From: a virus
Lineage: Duplodnaviria; Caudoviricetes
Reading direction: 5' to 3' (one strand)
Virus record (IMG/VR): IMGVR_UViG_3300046778_000102
Location: 1 to 30,276 of that record
Length of the DNA stretch: 30,276 nt
This document shows positions 1 through 9,064 of this stretch, one piece after another; positions within the stretch are counted from its first letter, which is position 1; each line of letters begins with the position of its first letter. The notes below the pieces were generated by a model that was not told the DNA's origin, did not search any database, and was given only the letters and a program-made list of their open reading frames with translations. The position numbers and the translations under genes are program-made.

Positions 1-1689
1 ACTTTTTATTCTAATATAAAAAGAATTTTCAAAAGTGACAATGGAGGAATAATGGTTGGGTTTGGAGGAGAAGGTGCTTTTGGAAGAACTGATGTCAATG
101 TTACTCCTTTTGGTAATACCTTGTCAGACTTAACAAACTACATTTACACTCTAAACATTAACATTCTTACTAATGGGTCTTACAGTTATTACTACAGGTC
201 TGCTCCCATAACCGTAACTCAAACAAATTTGAACATCGACACAATTTCAATTTGCTATGCCAAGTGGCCAATTGGTGGAACTTTCAAAGTTCAAACAAAC
301 ATTTCTGGAACATGGATTGATGCACAAACAATTAGCACTTTTCATGCAACAGAAACAAACGCTGCAGTTACCAACATAACGTTTGTTAAAACAAACATGA
401 CATATAGGATTGTTGGGCTTACAGGAACAAATTGGATTCACGAATCTGGAGCTTGGGATAGTCAAACAAATGACTTACTTCTTGGCAAATTCTATATCAA
501 TGCTGGTCCAACACTTGAAACAGTAGCTAATGCAAGGACTAATGTGTCTTGGCCATGGTGGAAATTTCTTAGTCCAAACTTAGTTTTAATTTTAGATTCT
601 GGGATGTATCTTGGAGGAGATTCACCTACGCCAAGCAGAGACGTTAGAATGTCTAACACCTTAGCCAAGCTAGAAATGATGTGGTCTAACACTTGCCCAC
701 TTGCGGACATTGTTCATTTTGGATGGATTCAAACCTACAACGATAACACAACAGAATATAATAAACAATTGTATGAAGGCGCACTAAAATATAACCGTGG
801 ATTCTTTGATACTGCACATTACATTCGTCTTGGCGACTTAACCAATACTACGTATGGAATGACAAATCGTCTGTTATTTCAAACAGACCTTGTTCATCCT
901 CATGGCAATGGGTTAGGAGCAGCATATCTTAATAATGCTCTTTGGAAAGAGTTGTTTTTTAATGGAACAATTCTTTCACCTACCTTTGCAAAAAGCAACC
1001 TAAGAGGAGATGGAGCAAGATTCTTACAAGGGAAATTAGGTTACTTTACAGAAGCAACAAACCTTGGAACACTGTATGGTCTTTCAGGCAGCCCATCAAT
1101 ACCTTCTATTTTTGTTGACAATGACATACTAGGAAGAGATGTCTGGTGTAGGCAGCTAATTTCAACAGGGTTAACAGCTGAAGTTACCTGGAGAATGCAG
1201 AATGACCAGTCACGAACTGTTCGTATTTCAGGAAAAGGAGCAAGAGTATTTGGAGTTACAGAAGCCTCTACAGACGTGTATTTTGCTATTACTAATAATG
1301 CAGGAGCAATTGAATATGGGTATTCTATGAATGGTTATCCAAACCCATACGTAGTAAAGTTTGGAGACCCTTCTCATCTTTTTAGGCCATACACATCCAC
1401 AACGTATATGGATGTAAAAACAAAAACGGCAAACTACACTGGAACTATTGATGACCACACAATAGTTATGTCAGGAACTTCTTTAACTTTTACCTTACCC
1501 TTAGCTGGTTCTACGATAGGGAGTGGTAAAACTTTTGTAGTAAAAAATCTTAATACTACTGCTGTAACTGTTGCTAGAACAAGTAATGGAACAATTGATG
1601 GTGTTACAGCTGATGATACTCTTGTCCAGTTTGCTTGTGTTCAATATACATCAGATGGACAAGGTTGGATACGAACAGCAAAATACTAA
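1..1689 (+). CDS. Tail fibre/appendage protein, probably 5'-truncated; possible SGNH-like central domain and C-terminal tail-fibre beta domain
   Basis: Frame 1 is open from base 1, so it extends beyond the ATG at 52. T/N/G-rich. DxxH-like 'TDLVHP'. C-terminal 'TKTANYT...TFTLP...GKTFVVKN...TIDG...SDGQGW' resembles phage tail-fibre domains. Lies at the end of the + strand late region. Confidence 0.6.
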   Translation, partial: TFYSNIKRIFKSDNGGIMVGFGGEGAFGRTDVNVTPFGNTLSDLTNYIYTLNINILTNGSYSYYYRSAPITVTQTNLNIDTISICYAKWPIGGTFKVQTNISGTWIDAQTISTFHATETNAAVTNITFVKTNMTYRIVGLTGTNWIHESGAWDSQTNDLLLGKFYINAGPTLETVANARTNVSWPWWKFLSPNLVLILDSGMYLGGDSPTPSRDVRMSNTLAKLEMMWSNTCPLADIVHFGWIQTYNDNTTEYNKQLYEGALKYNRGFFDTAHYIRLGDLTNTTYGMTNRLLFQTDLVHPHGNGLGAAYLNNALWKELFFNGTILSPTFAKSNLRGDGARFLQGKLGYFTEATNLGTLYGLSGSPSIPSIFVDNDILGRDVWCRQLISTGLTAEVTWRMQNDQSRTVRISGKGARVFGVTEASTDVYFAITNNAGAIEYGYSMNGYPNPYVVKFGDPSHLFRPYTSTTYMDVKTKTANYTGTIDDHTIVMSGTSLTFTLPLAGSTIGSGKTFVVKNLNTTAVTVARTSNGTIDGVTADDTLVQFACVQYTSDGQGWIRTAKY

Positions 1690-1690
1690 C

Positions 1691-2218
1691 ATGAAAACAA
1701 AACTAACACTAATAATCGGTCTCCTCACTTCTTTAATCTTGTTCACAGGGTGTGATATCCTGGACAAAGGTTACGATAAGCAATCAGTGTATTATCCACC
1801 AGTCACTAACACAGTGATTAAACTGGTAACTAATACAGTCACACAAGCAGTTACCCCTGAAACCGTGTTCGTTGTGACACCGGAACGAACTGAATCAGTT
1901 TTGGTTGATAAACCAATTATTAATTCAGGACTTGGCATGGCTAAGGCTGTCCCTGTTCCCTATGCCGGGTTGCTAGGTTCAATCCTAGGACTGTTCTATA
2001 CAGGATACAGGATGGTTCGAAACAAGCAAGCATTGAAGGCTGTGGTTATGGGTATCGAGGAAGGACGTAAGATACTTCAGACAACGCCTGAACTGCAAGC
2101 TATTGATATGAAAATTAAAGATGCGTTGATACGACACCAAGAGTTGGCAGGTGTTCTAACAACTGTATCTGATGTAGTTAATACCTACACAGACAAGACT
2201 GTCCCACAGAAACCCTAG
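1691..2218 (+). CDS. Lipoprotein with an internal TM helix (spanin-like or lysis accessory candidate)
   Basis: Better start is ATG 1691, 1 nt after the upstream TAA. MKTKLTLIIGLLTSLILFTG-C is a signal peptide II with lipobox. Second hydrophobic segment AGLLGSILGLFYTGY, then a helical tail. Confidence 0.65.
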   Translation: MKTKLTLIIGLLTSLILFTGCDILDKGYDKQSVYYPPVTNTVIKLVTNTVTQAVTPETVFVVTPERTESVLVDKPIINSGLGMAKAVPVPYAGLLGSILGLFYTGYRMVRNKQALKAVVMGIEEGRKILQTTPELQAIDMKIKDALIRHQELAGVLTTVSDVVNTYTDKTVPQKP

Positions 2219-2246
2219 TAGTCCAACACTTCAATCAGGTTCGGTT

Positions 2247-2277
2247 ACTCCCTACTGCTGACGACGCAGTAGGGAGT
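2247..2277. terminator. Hairpin between convergent operons, likely bidirectional terminator
   Basis: ACTCCCTACTGC-7 nt loop-GCAGTAGGGAGT, a perfect 12-bp stem between stops at 2218 (+) and 2289 (-). U-tracts are weak. Confidence 0.75.
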
Positions 2278-2288
2278 TCTGTTGTAAA

Positions 2289-3746
2289 TCAATATAGGTT
2301 CTCTCTCCAATTATCAAGAACCTGGTCAGCTATGTTCTTCTTAGCTCTGAGAGCTTTCATTATTGTTTCATCCACTGTCTTGCGAATAACAAATGAAATG
2401 TAGAGAACATTTCTAGTCTGACCAATTCGATGATTTCTATCCTGGGACTGCAACCAAGTTTCAAGGGAATAGGAGTATGAGTAGTAGATTGATAGAGCCG
2501 ATTGAATTAATGTAAGACTCTTACTCCCTGTCTCATTGGATACGAAGAACCTGCACTTAGGGTCTGTCTTAAATCTTTCAAGGTTTGTCTTACGGTCATC
2601 AATTGAAGTAAGACCATAGTAAGACACAGCAGAATTGATACCATACTCTTCGATCAAGGCAGCCATTATGTTTCTTATATCCTGTTGGAAGTGTGCCCAG
2701 ATAATGACCTTACCATCAATAACTTCAATTGTTTCCATCAAGGTAGCAACCCTGTTATTTGGTATATGATGAATGATTCCATCGTCATCCTTAACATGAC
2801 CGCAGTTAACCTGGTGAAGTTTCATCATCGTTGTTAGAACAGACGTTGAAGAAACCACAGACTCTTTTGAAAGAAAGGTCATAGCTTCCTCCTTTAGTTC
2901 AGTATACATCAATTTCTGTTCCGGGGTCTGTTCGATATATCTGTTAACAAACGTCTTGTCAGGGAGGTCTAGGCATTCAGATTTAAGAACACGAACTGAG
3001 AAGCTGGCTACCTTCTGTTGAAGCTCTGGTATGTTCTTGTAGTTATCAATTTTCTCATAAGACCGATTACCAAATTCAACCCGTCTCCAATTTGCATAAT
3101 AATTTTTGAATGACAGGAAGTTAGAGTGACCCGACAGACCTTTTTGAAGAAATTCAGCTTGAGCATAGATGTCCAATGGGCCTTTAGCCATCGGTGTTCC
3201 AGTCAAGATTCTCCTGTAATCACAGAGCCTACCAAGTTCAATGGCTGCTTTGGTTCTCTTAGCTTTATGGTTCTTGATACAGGTTGACTCATCAATCACC
3301 ATGAACGTGTAATGTTGCTTGACAAACTTCTCAGCAAAAGCAATTCCCCTGTCTGTTGCCAGAGCTTCTATATTCACAAGGAATATATCTAGCACATCGT
3401 CCTTGGCTTGAAGGATGTTGGAAGCTTCTTTCCTTTCTTTGATAGTCCAATCTGCATCCCAATAGTGGATACGAACTGGCAACCAATCTGGCAGGTGAGC
3501 AGGGAGTTCATCAACAAACCAGTTGAGATAGAAAGCTTTCGGAGCAGTGATTAAGACTCCATCAATCTGCTGCTCCAGAAACAATTGCACGAAGTTATCA
3601 ATTGTCACCTTGCTTTTACCTGTTCCCTGCTCCATGAACAGTGCAAACCTGGACGCATTCTTAGATGCAGCTAGAGCGTTGTCCTGATGTTGATACCCTT
3701 TCATCTTTTCCTGAAAAGCTGGTAGTTTGAATTTATTTATTAACAT
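2289..3746 (-). CDS. SNF2-family (SF2) helicase/ATPase
   Basis: Motif I MEQGTGKS, motif II IDES, motif III LTGTP, motif VI QSQDRNHRIGQ. Confidence 0.92.
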   Translation of the reverse strand: MLINKFKLPAFQEKMKGYQHQDNALAASKNASRFALFMEQGTGKSKVTIDNFVQLFLEQQIDGVLITAPKAFYLNWFVDELPAHLPDWLPVRIHYWDADWTIKERKEASNILQAKDDVLDIFLVNIEALATDRGIAFAEKFVKQHYTFMVIDESTCIKNHKAKRTKAAIELGRLCDYRRILTGTPMAKGPLDIYAQAEFLQKGLSGHSNFLSFKNYYANWRRVEFGNRSYEKIDNYKNIPELQQKVASFSVRVLKSECLDLPDKTFVNRYIEQTPEQKLMYTELKEEAMTFLSKESVVSSTSVLTTMMKLHQVNCGHVKDDDGIIHHIPNNRVATLMETIEVIDGKVIIWAHFQQDIRNIMAALIEEYGINSAVSYYGLTSIDDRKTNLERFKTDPKCRFFVSNETGSKSLTLIQSALSIYYSYSYSLETWLQSQDRNHRIGQTRNVLYISFVIRKTVDETIMKALRAKKNIADQVLDNWRENLY

Positions 3747-3759
3747 ATGTAATCTATGG

Positions 3760-3838
3760 TTAGGCTAAATTTTGCCCTATGGTTTGAGCCGCTCGACTAA
3801 TCATCTTGGTTTTTTGACCCGTTTGCGGTGACCGTTTT
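3760..3838. repeat. Dispersed imperfect direct repeat, copy A (intergenic)
   Basis: TTAGGCtAAATTTTGCCCTATGGTTTGA...ATCATCTT.GTTTTT...CCGTTTGCGG aligns without gaps to 16507-16585. Confidence 0.85.
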
Positions 3839-3870
3839 TGCGTGTGTTTCTCGTGACTTGTAGGGTCTGC

Positions 3871-5376
3871 TCACAAATTGTAGAAGTATTGGGTCTTAGG
3901 GTTAATGAGATACAGTTTTTCCTTAGCTCTCGTCACAGCAACATACCAGACTCTGTGTTCATTGTCTTGGTTACGTTCGTATTCTCTATATGTCTTAGGT
4001 GACATGTCACATTCTAACACTACATTATCTGCCTCTGCACCTTTCATTGAGTGAATAGTTCCAATACGGATACGAGCAGGTGCATCAAGACTCTCACCAT
4101 TTCGGATTGCTGCTGTGTAATAACTAACTTCTGTTTGTGTGAGTTTGTTGAGAGCAAATTCCCATATATCTGTAGTCAGGCAACCATAGTTCTTAACCAA
4201 TTCAATCAGATCAATCATCTGATGTTCAGGGAGAAGGTCTAATTTTGTCTTAGCACCAAAGGTAATTCGTTTTTTGGTCTGCATGAACTGATAGACAAGC
4301 TTGATGCAGGATACAGGGAGACTCTGTCCTTTACGTAGAGCTTCCCAATAACGAATTGCTTCCCAGGATTCGGGGTTAAAGTCTGGATTGAGTTTGGACT
4401 CAAATAGATAACCTTTGTGGATACAATGCTTCACATACTCTGACAGTGCATAAATGTTTCGTGCAAGCAGTAACCATGTTCCCTCTTTCATGTTAATGTT
4501 AACATAGTCATTGAGACGAGTTATTCCATTAGCATCGTTTCTGGGTTTATATGGTTTCTTAAGACGAGTAGTCATCCGTGCTGAGAGCTTATCAGCTAAA
4601 AGTTTGACTCCACAAGTTAATCGGTAACTGTGATTAAGCACTTCAGTCTGAGCTTCAAGCTCGATGAAATGATTAACGTCTGCTCCTGCCCATGTATAGA
4701 TTGCCTGATCATCGTCACCAGCTACCCACATCTCTTTTGAGTTCTTTTCTAGGATGTCAACCATCTCCCATTGAAGTTTGCTCAAATCCTGAGCTTCATC
4801 AACAATGAGTGTTTTGAATTTAGGAGAACTGCCATGTTCAACAAACTTCTGAATCATATCTGTGAAGTCAAATTTGTATCGAGATTCCTTGTATGCCTTA
4901 ATTGTTAAAGCTACTAGCTCCAGTTCCCTGAAATCAATGTCATCATTGACGAACTTCTCCCATGTCTGACGTAATGAAAGCTTGGTTGTTCGAGCTAAGT
5001 TCTCAAGAAAGAACAATCTGTCACCTTTAGTTACTGTGCCTGAATAAGCCCATTCATCATTCATCTTTCTGGATGTGATCGTGATACCAAGTTGTTTGCA
5101 CAATACCATGTAGTCGTTCCAACCCATCACCTGAATTGGAGACATACACAAGTGGTGAAAGGCTAGACTGTGCAGTGTTCTAAAATACGGAAACTCTTTC
5201 TCTCTTAAATTAAATTTCTTACATGCACGTTCCCTAGCTTCATCTGCTGCTCTCTTCGTGAAGGATACGTAACACACTTCTTCTGGTTTAACTTCTGCTA
5301 CTAACTCCCTGTCAACTATGTCGAGAAGTCGAGTAGTCTTCCCTGTTCCTGGTGGGCCTAATAATTTAGTTCTCAT
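3871..5376 (-). CDS. UvrD/Rep-like SF1 helicase
   Basis: GPPGTGKT, SFT, RTLHS, VDEAQD, GDDDQAIY, SYR, TIHSMKGAE, YVAVTRAK. Confidence 0.93.
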   Translation of the reverse strand: MRTKLLGPPGTGKTTRLLDIVDRELVAEVKPEEVCYVSFTKRAADEARERACKKFNLREKEFPYFRTLHSLAFHHLCMSPIQVMGWNDYMVLCKQLGITITSRKMNDEWAYSGTVTKGDRLFFLENLARTTKLSLRQTWEKFVNDDIDFRELELVALTIKAYKESRYKFDFTDMIQKFVEHGSSPKFKTLIVDEAQDLSKLQWEMVDILEKNSKEMWVAGDDDQAIYTWAGADVNHFIELEAQTEVLNHSYRLTCGVKLLADKLSARMTTRLKKPYKPRNDANGITRLNDYVNINMKEGTWLLLARNIYALSEYVKHCIHKGYLFESKLNPDFNPESWEAIRYWEALRKGQSLPVSCIKLVYQFMQTKKRITFGAKTKLDLLPEHQMIDLIELVKNYGCLTTDIWEFALNKLTQTEVSYYTAAIRNGESLDAPARIRIGTIHSMKGAEADNVVLECDMSPKTYREYERNQDNEHRVWYVAVTRAKEKLYLINPKTQYFYNL

Positions 5377-6899
5377 ATCTGGTCTTGTGGTGGTTGTTCT
5401 GGTAATTTGAATCTCTTAATGTCTGCGTTGAAGTTGTTTGCTAAGTAACAGTTCACGTGTTTAGTTTGTCCATCTAAGGTTGATATGTTAACTTTTCTAG
5501 CTGGTATTCCAGCTTCTCTCAATAGGTTAGATACAGCACTCCTGTTAGTAAGTTCAAACTTTGATCTAATAAGGTAGTTAAGAAAGTCTTGTAATCTGAA
5601 ATGATAGTAACCATTATTAAACCATACCATCCCACGTAACAGACCTTCTCCACTTTCTTCCTGTGAACGATTGAGACAGAATTCTTCCAACATCAGCATC
5701 ATTGAACCTGATGTAGTTGCCTCCTTTGGAACTTCAATAACGTTAACTGATTTCAATAGTTCACTTATCACGATAGTCCACTGTTCACGTTTAATTATTG
5801 GTGGCATTATGTTTAAGATGTCCATACATTTCTTCTGGAATCTCACAGGGTTCTGTAAGTCATCTGTTTCTAACTCAAGACGCCCACCTGCATCAACATC
5901 AATGAACCACTTAGGAGGTTCAGTATTGATCTTGGTCAATGACCCCATGACAGGGAGACCTGAAGATAAACCCACGCCGTATTTCTTTGTTCGACAAAGT
6001 GAAGAGTTGCAGAAGTTGCATATAGGTTGCTTCTGACATGAGTAGTTGTATTCTTTCTTGGCTAGTGACCCAATGATTAGAAGAACTTCCTTGGGTGGAA
6101 GTTGAGGTGACAAGTATTCTTCGTTATACTTCTCTACCAATGTCTTCCAATCATCTGGGTTACTCTTCTGGGCATACACACCAAGATTGAACAGACCGTT
6201 GTTCCTTGTGCCTTCAGGGAATCCAGTTGTCAGAAGATGCTGAAGACATGGCGGGCCTTCAGGAAGCTTCTCTGTTACTACAACCTTTAATTTCTCAAGC
6301 ATTACCTTACTTAATCGTCTCTTATCAGCATACCTGATGAAGTCATCCATTGAAAGCTGACCACCATCTAATCCATAAGCATATCTCTCTGTTTTATCTG
6401 CATCGAAGTATGGCATGTTAATCCACTGACCAACATCACCACGTTCTTTAAGTAACTTAGTTTGCTTAGGAAAGATTTCTGCATTACCGTATCCAATAAA
6501 TGAGGCTAGTTCTTTTAATCTTGATTGCATCAATGATGCAGGGACATGTTCCGTGAGAAAGATATACAGGTGAAGACCACCGGATTTACTTCTACAAGGA
6601 ACTAATGGTAAATTGTTTTCTATTATTTTCTTAATTATATCAACTACATTGACTGTGTAATCATCAATGTCAATAGCACCGAATTTAGCTGTGCTGTCAG
6701 AAGTGATTGGAACAATACCTAATTGAGATTGTCCTTCGATATGCTTCTTCCATAACGAGGGAGTAACAGGAAGCTTATGCGTAACGCCGTGTCCTTTGAC
6801 CTTACCATCAGCCCTGATTGAATCTCCGAAATGGTATGTTCCATGTGCGTCTTTGTTCCCGTCGAACAGTTGCATCATGAAAGGAATTAATAGATTCAT
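5373..6899 (-). CDS. AEP-type primase/prim-pol with PriCT-like domain, no fused helicase
   Basis: AEP motif I IDID, motif II SKSGGLHLY, motif III-like EIFPKQ...NMPY. PPCL...EGTRNNGLF is PriCT-like. Cys cluster CQKQPICNFCNSSLC. ATGA overlap with the helicase. Confidence 0.82.
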   Translation of the reverse strand: MNLLIPFMMQLFDGNKDAHGTYHFGDSIRADGKVKGHGVTHKLPVTPSLWKKHIEGQSQLGIVPITSDSTAKFGAIDIDDYTVNVVDIIKKIIENNLPLVPCRSKSGGLHLYIFLTEHVPASLMQSRLKELASFIGYGNAEIFPKQTKLLKERGDVGQWINMPYFDADKTERYAYGLDGGQLSMDDFIRYADKRRLSKVMLEKLKVVVTEKLPEGPPCLQHLLTTGFPEGTRNNGLFNLGVYAQKSNPDDWKTLVEKYNEEYLSPQLPPKEVLLIIGSLAKKEYNYSCQKQPICNFCNSSLCRTKKYGVGLSSGLPVMGSLTKINTEPPKWFIDVDAGGRLELETDDLQNPVRFQKKCMDILNIMPPIIKREQWTIVISELLKSVNVIEVPKEATTSGSMMLMLEEFCLNRSQEESGEGLLRGMVWFNNGYYHFRLQDFLNYLIRSKFELTNRSAVSNLLREAGIPARKVNISTLDGQTKHVNCYLANNFNADIKRFKLPEQPPQDQI

Positions 6900-6928
6900 T
6901 AGAATAAATGATTGACAACATAACAGAG

Positions 6929-6958
6929 AGCCTCCCCACGGTTCAACATGGGGAGGCT
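6929..6958 (-). terminator. Hairpin downstream of the SSB gene
   Basis: AGCCTCCCCA-10 nt-TGGGGAGGCT, 10-bp stem just after the stop at 6970. Confidence 0.65.
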
Positions 6959-6969
6959 AGGTTAACTAA

Positions 6970-7839
6970 TTAACGACGGAACGAACGAGCACCGCGGTTC
7001 TGACGGGCAGCTTCTTCGTCCGCTGCACTAGCAGCAGACTCATTAGCTTCCGTAGGAGCAGCGTGTTCTGCAATTTCAGTCATGGGTGTAGGTGCAGCCA
7101 GTTTAGAGGCAGCACATTCCTGGGCCACACTACGTGCAGCAGTGATAAGGTGTTTATCGTTGCTGTTCAACATGCGGTTGATCTCGAAGTGCCAGCCGAA
7201 CCAGCTACCATCGTTGTTGGTCTCAACGTCAGTGCTGACATCATACACGTGACTATACATTGGTGGAACTTTGCCGTTCACCTTGATAGTTTGCATCATA
7301 TTCAACCAACCACGACCTTTCTTCAGCTGAGTCGAGGTCAACGCAATAATCATGCGAATCGGATCTTGTCCTTCAACAAGAGCGAAACCGTAGAAGTAAG
7401 ACGTGGTTTTGATTTCGTTACCGTTAGGCGATATATCCTGGTTATCTGAGTTCCGCATTGTCCTGGTCAGGATGATGGGAGACTTGTGTGACTGAACGAA
7501 TCCGCCACCTTGTGTCCGAGGCTTCCATTCTTGGAATAATTTCTCATGGAACACAGGGACGAACTGCAGGGGCTTACCCTCGAACTCATACATCACTTGA
7601 CGGGACACAGTGTTGACAAGCATTCCACCTTCTGCACCCTCAATCTTTTTGAGCTTGTGGTTCTTATGAGTCTTATCAACTTCAGGTGAACCTTTCTGGA
7701 GAAGGCTCAGGAACGGAATCCCCAAGTCCTCTTGACGAGTTCCCTCGAACCCTGTTGCTCCCTGTTCTTGTGACCAGTCAATTACGTTTTCATCAACTGC
7801 TGCTGTCGTTTCTGTCGCTGCTGTTTTTGTTTGTTTCAT
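6970..7839 (-). CDS. Putative ssDNA-binding/annealing protein
   Basis: GFEG...DLGIPFLSLLQKGSPEV and EWKPR..GGGFV..H, pattern of phage SSB-like proteins in PolA/primase modules. Ala-rich disordered tail. Position next to the primase. Confidence 0.65.
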   Translation of the reverse strand: MKQTKTAATETTAAVDENVIDWSQEQGATGFEGTRQEDLGIPFLSLLQKGSPEVDKTHKNHKLKKIEGAEGGMLVNTVSRQVMYEFEGKPLQFVPVFHEKLFQEWKPRTQGGGFVQSHKSPIILTRTMRNSDNQDISPNGNEIKTTSYFYGFALVEGQDPIRMIIALTSTQLKKGRGWLNMMQTIKVNGKVPPMYSHVYDVSTDVETNNDGSWFGWHFEINRMLNSNDKHLITAARSVAQECAASKLAAPTPMTEIAEHAAPTEANESAASAADEEAARQNRGARSFRR

Positions 7840-7857
7840 ACTATTTGTATTATGGTA

Positions 7858-8379
7858 TTACTTTGTTTTTGGTTTATTCACTACTAATTCTTTGGCCACA
7901 TAGACACCAAAGAGTTCATAGGGAAATTTTACTCCATTTTCCATGGAGTTCTTAATGAAGGATTTAAGTGTTTGAGGATGAACTGCTTTCTTCTCATTCA
8001 CTTCCATCTCGTTCTCTTTAAGAAAATTCTTCAAGACTAATAGGTCAACCTGTTCTTCCTGACCTGCACCGAATGTTGCAGAGATTTCTGTTTTAATCAG
8101 CGCGGCATTACCGTTCTCTGTTAACCACTTATGTGCTGCCTCTGCACGTTCAGCAGATATGTTTCCAAAGTACTTGGTCTTGACAGAGATTGCTTCCCCC
8201 GTGTCAAGTTTTACTTCAGATAAACCCATACCTAGAATATATTCCGGTATAAGGTCGTTATTGAAAAGCTCTAACCGTTGAGTTAGTTCTTTGATTTCTT
8301 GTTCTTTATTCTCGATTAGGGTCTCGATCTTTTGAACGTATCTAACGAGTTCTTTGATGTCTGCTAGTTCTTGATTCAT
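7858..8379 (-). CDS. Conserved phage replication-module protein (coiled coil plus AHKWL..NG..ALIK / VHPQTLKSF)
   Basis: N-terminal coiled coil. Motif pattern I recognise from genes adjacent to SSB in such modules; function unknown. Confidence 0.6.
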   Translation of the reverse strand: MNQELADIKELVRYVQKIETLIENKEQEIKELTQRLELFNNDLIPEYILGMGLSEVKLDTGEAISVKTKYFGNISAERAEAAHKWLTENGNAALIKTEISATFGAGQEEQVDLLVLKNFLKENEMEVNEKKAVHPQTLKSFIKNSMENGVKFPYELFGVYVAKELVVNKPKTK

Positions 8380-8675
8380 ACTATTATCTTATCTGTTTTA
8401 TAGTTCATTGTTCTCTTGTCCCACCGTAGCACATTAATGCTGTTTGTGTTCTCGAAAGTAACCATCATGGTCAGTCCAATCGCAATAGGGTCTCCTACAC
8501 AGAGGATATAATCGTCAGACGTTATCTTGTTGTTAAGATGACGTTCAATCTTTTCCAGGATGTGTTGAGTTCCTTTTTCAAGGTCTTTGTATGAGAGAAT
8601 TACGTTGAATTCTCCGAATTGTTTTGCCGCAGAGAGGTCTCTGTCAGTCTCTTGAACTATGAATACTTTGCTCAT
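8376..8675 (-). CDS. Hypothetical alpha/beta protein
   Basis: Start re-set to ATG 8675 (ATGA overlap with the upstream stop). MSKVFIVQE...DDYILCVGDP. Confidence 0.7.
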   Translation of the reverse strand: MSKVFIVQETDRDLSAAKQFGEFNVILSYKDLEKGTQHILEKIERHLNNKITSDDYILCVGDPIAIGLTMMVTFENTNSINVLRWDKRTMNYKTDKIIV

Positions 8676-9064
8676 ATATTTGGTTTCCAAAATGTTTTGG
8701 ATAGGAAGAAATCTTTTACTTCAGTTTTATGGAAACTGTAAGTAGGTTTTGATGTTATCATCTGATACTTGTCATCATGTTTCACACATTCAACAGAGTG
8801 TAGGTAAAAATCAATACTGTAACCAGACTTGTTAATTACCCATACAGTTCCACCAGCACGTGATCTTCTAAATCCCCATACTCTCTGTTCCTTACGGACA
8901 AGAACTTTGTTTTCTGGACAAACTTTTAATTCCAACCACACTTCGTTTCCCTTCCAGCAAGCGTTGACATCAGGTGTTCCAACTCCTGCTGCATTCTCAA
9001 TACGAATAATGTCACCAGGAATCATCAGTCTTATAGAATCCCACAATCTTTGTTCAGGTGTCAT
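8672..9064 (-). CDS. PD-(D/E)XK nuclease, Holliday-junction resolvase/VRR-NUC-like
   Basis: Start re-set to 9064 (ATGA overlap with the polymerase stop). E...RIEN..GVGTPDV...WLELK...EQRVW. Confidence 0.82.
   Translation of the reverse strand: MTPEQRLWDSIRLMIPGDIIRIENAAGVGTPDVNACWKGNEVWLELKVCPENKVLVRKEQRVWGFRRSRAGGTVWVINKSGYSIDFYLHSVECVKHDDKYQMITSKPTYSFHKTEVKDFFLSKTFWKPNI

Noticed and set aside
43-54. GGAGGA plus ATG 52 as the true start of the first gene
   Set aside because: Spacing is very short, the frame is open to base 1 and SD use is rare in this window; truncation is more likely but not proven.
3797-3799. TAG in repeat copy A as evidence of stop-codon recoding
   Set aside because: Genes tile densely and conserved proteins are intact under the standard code; TAG ends the 1691-2218 gene just before a terminator hairpin.
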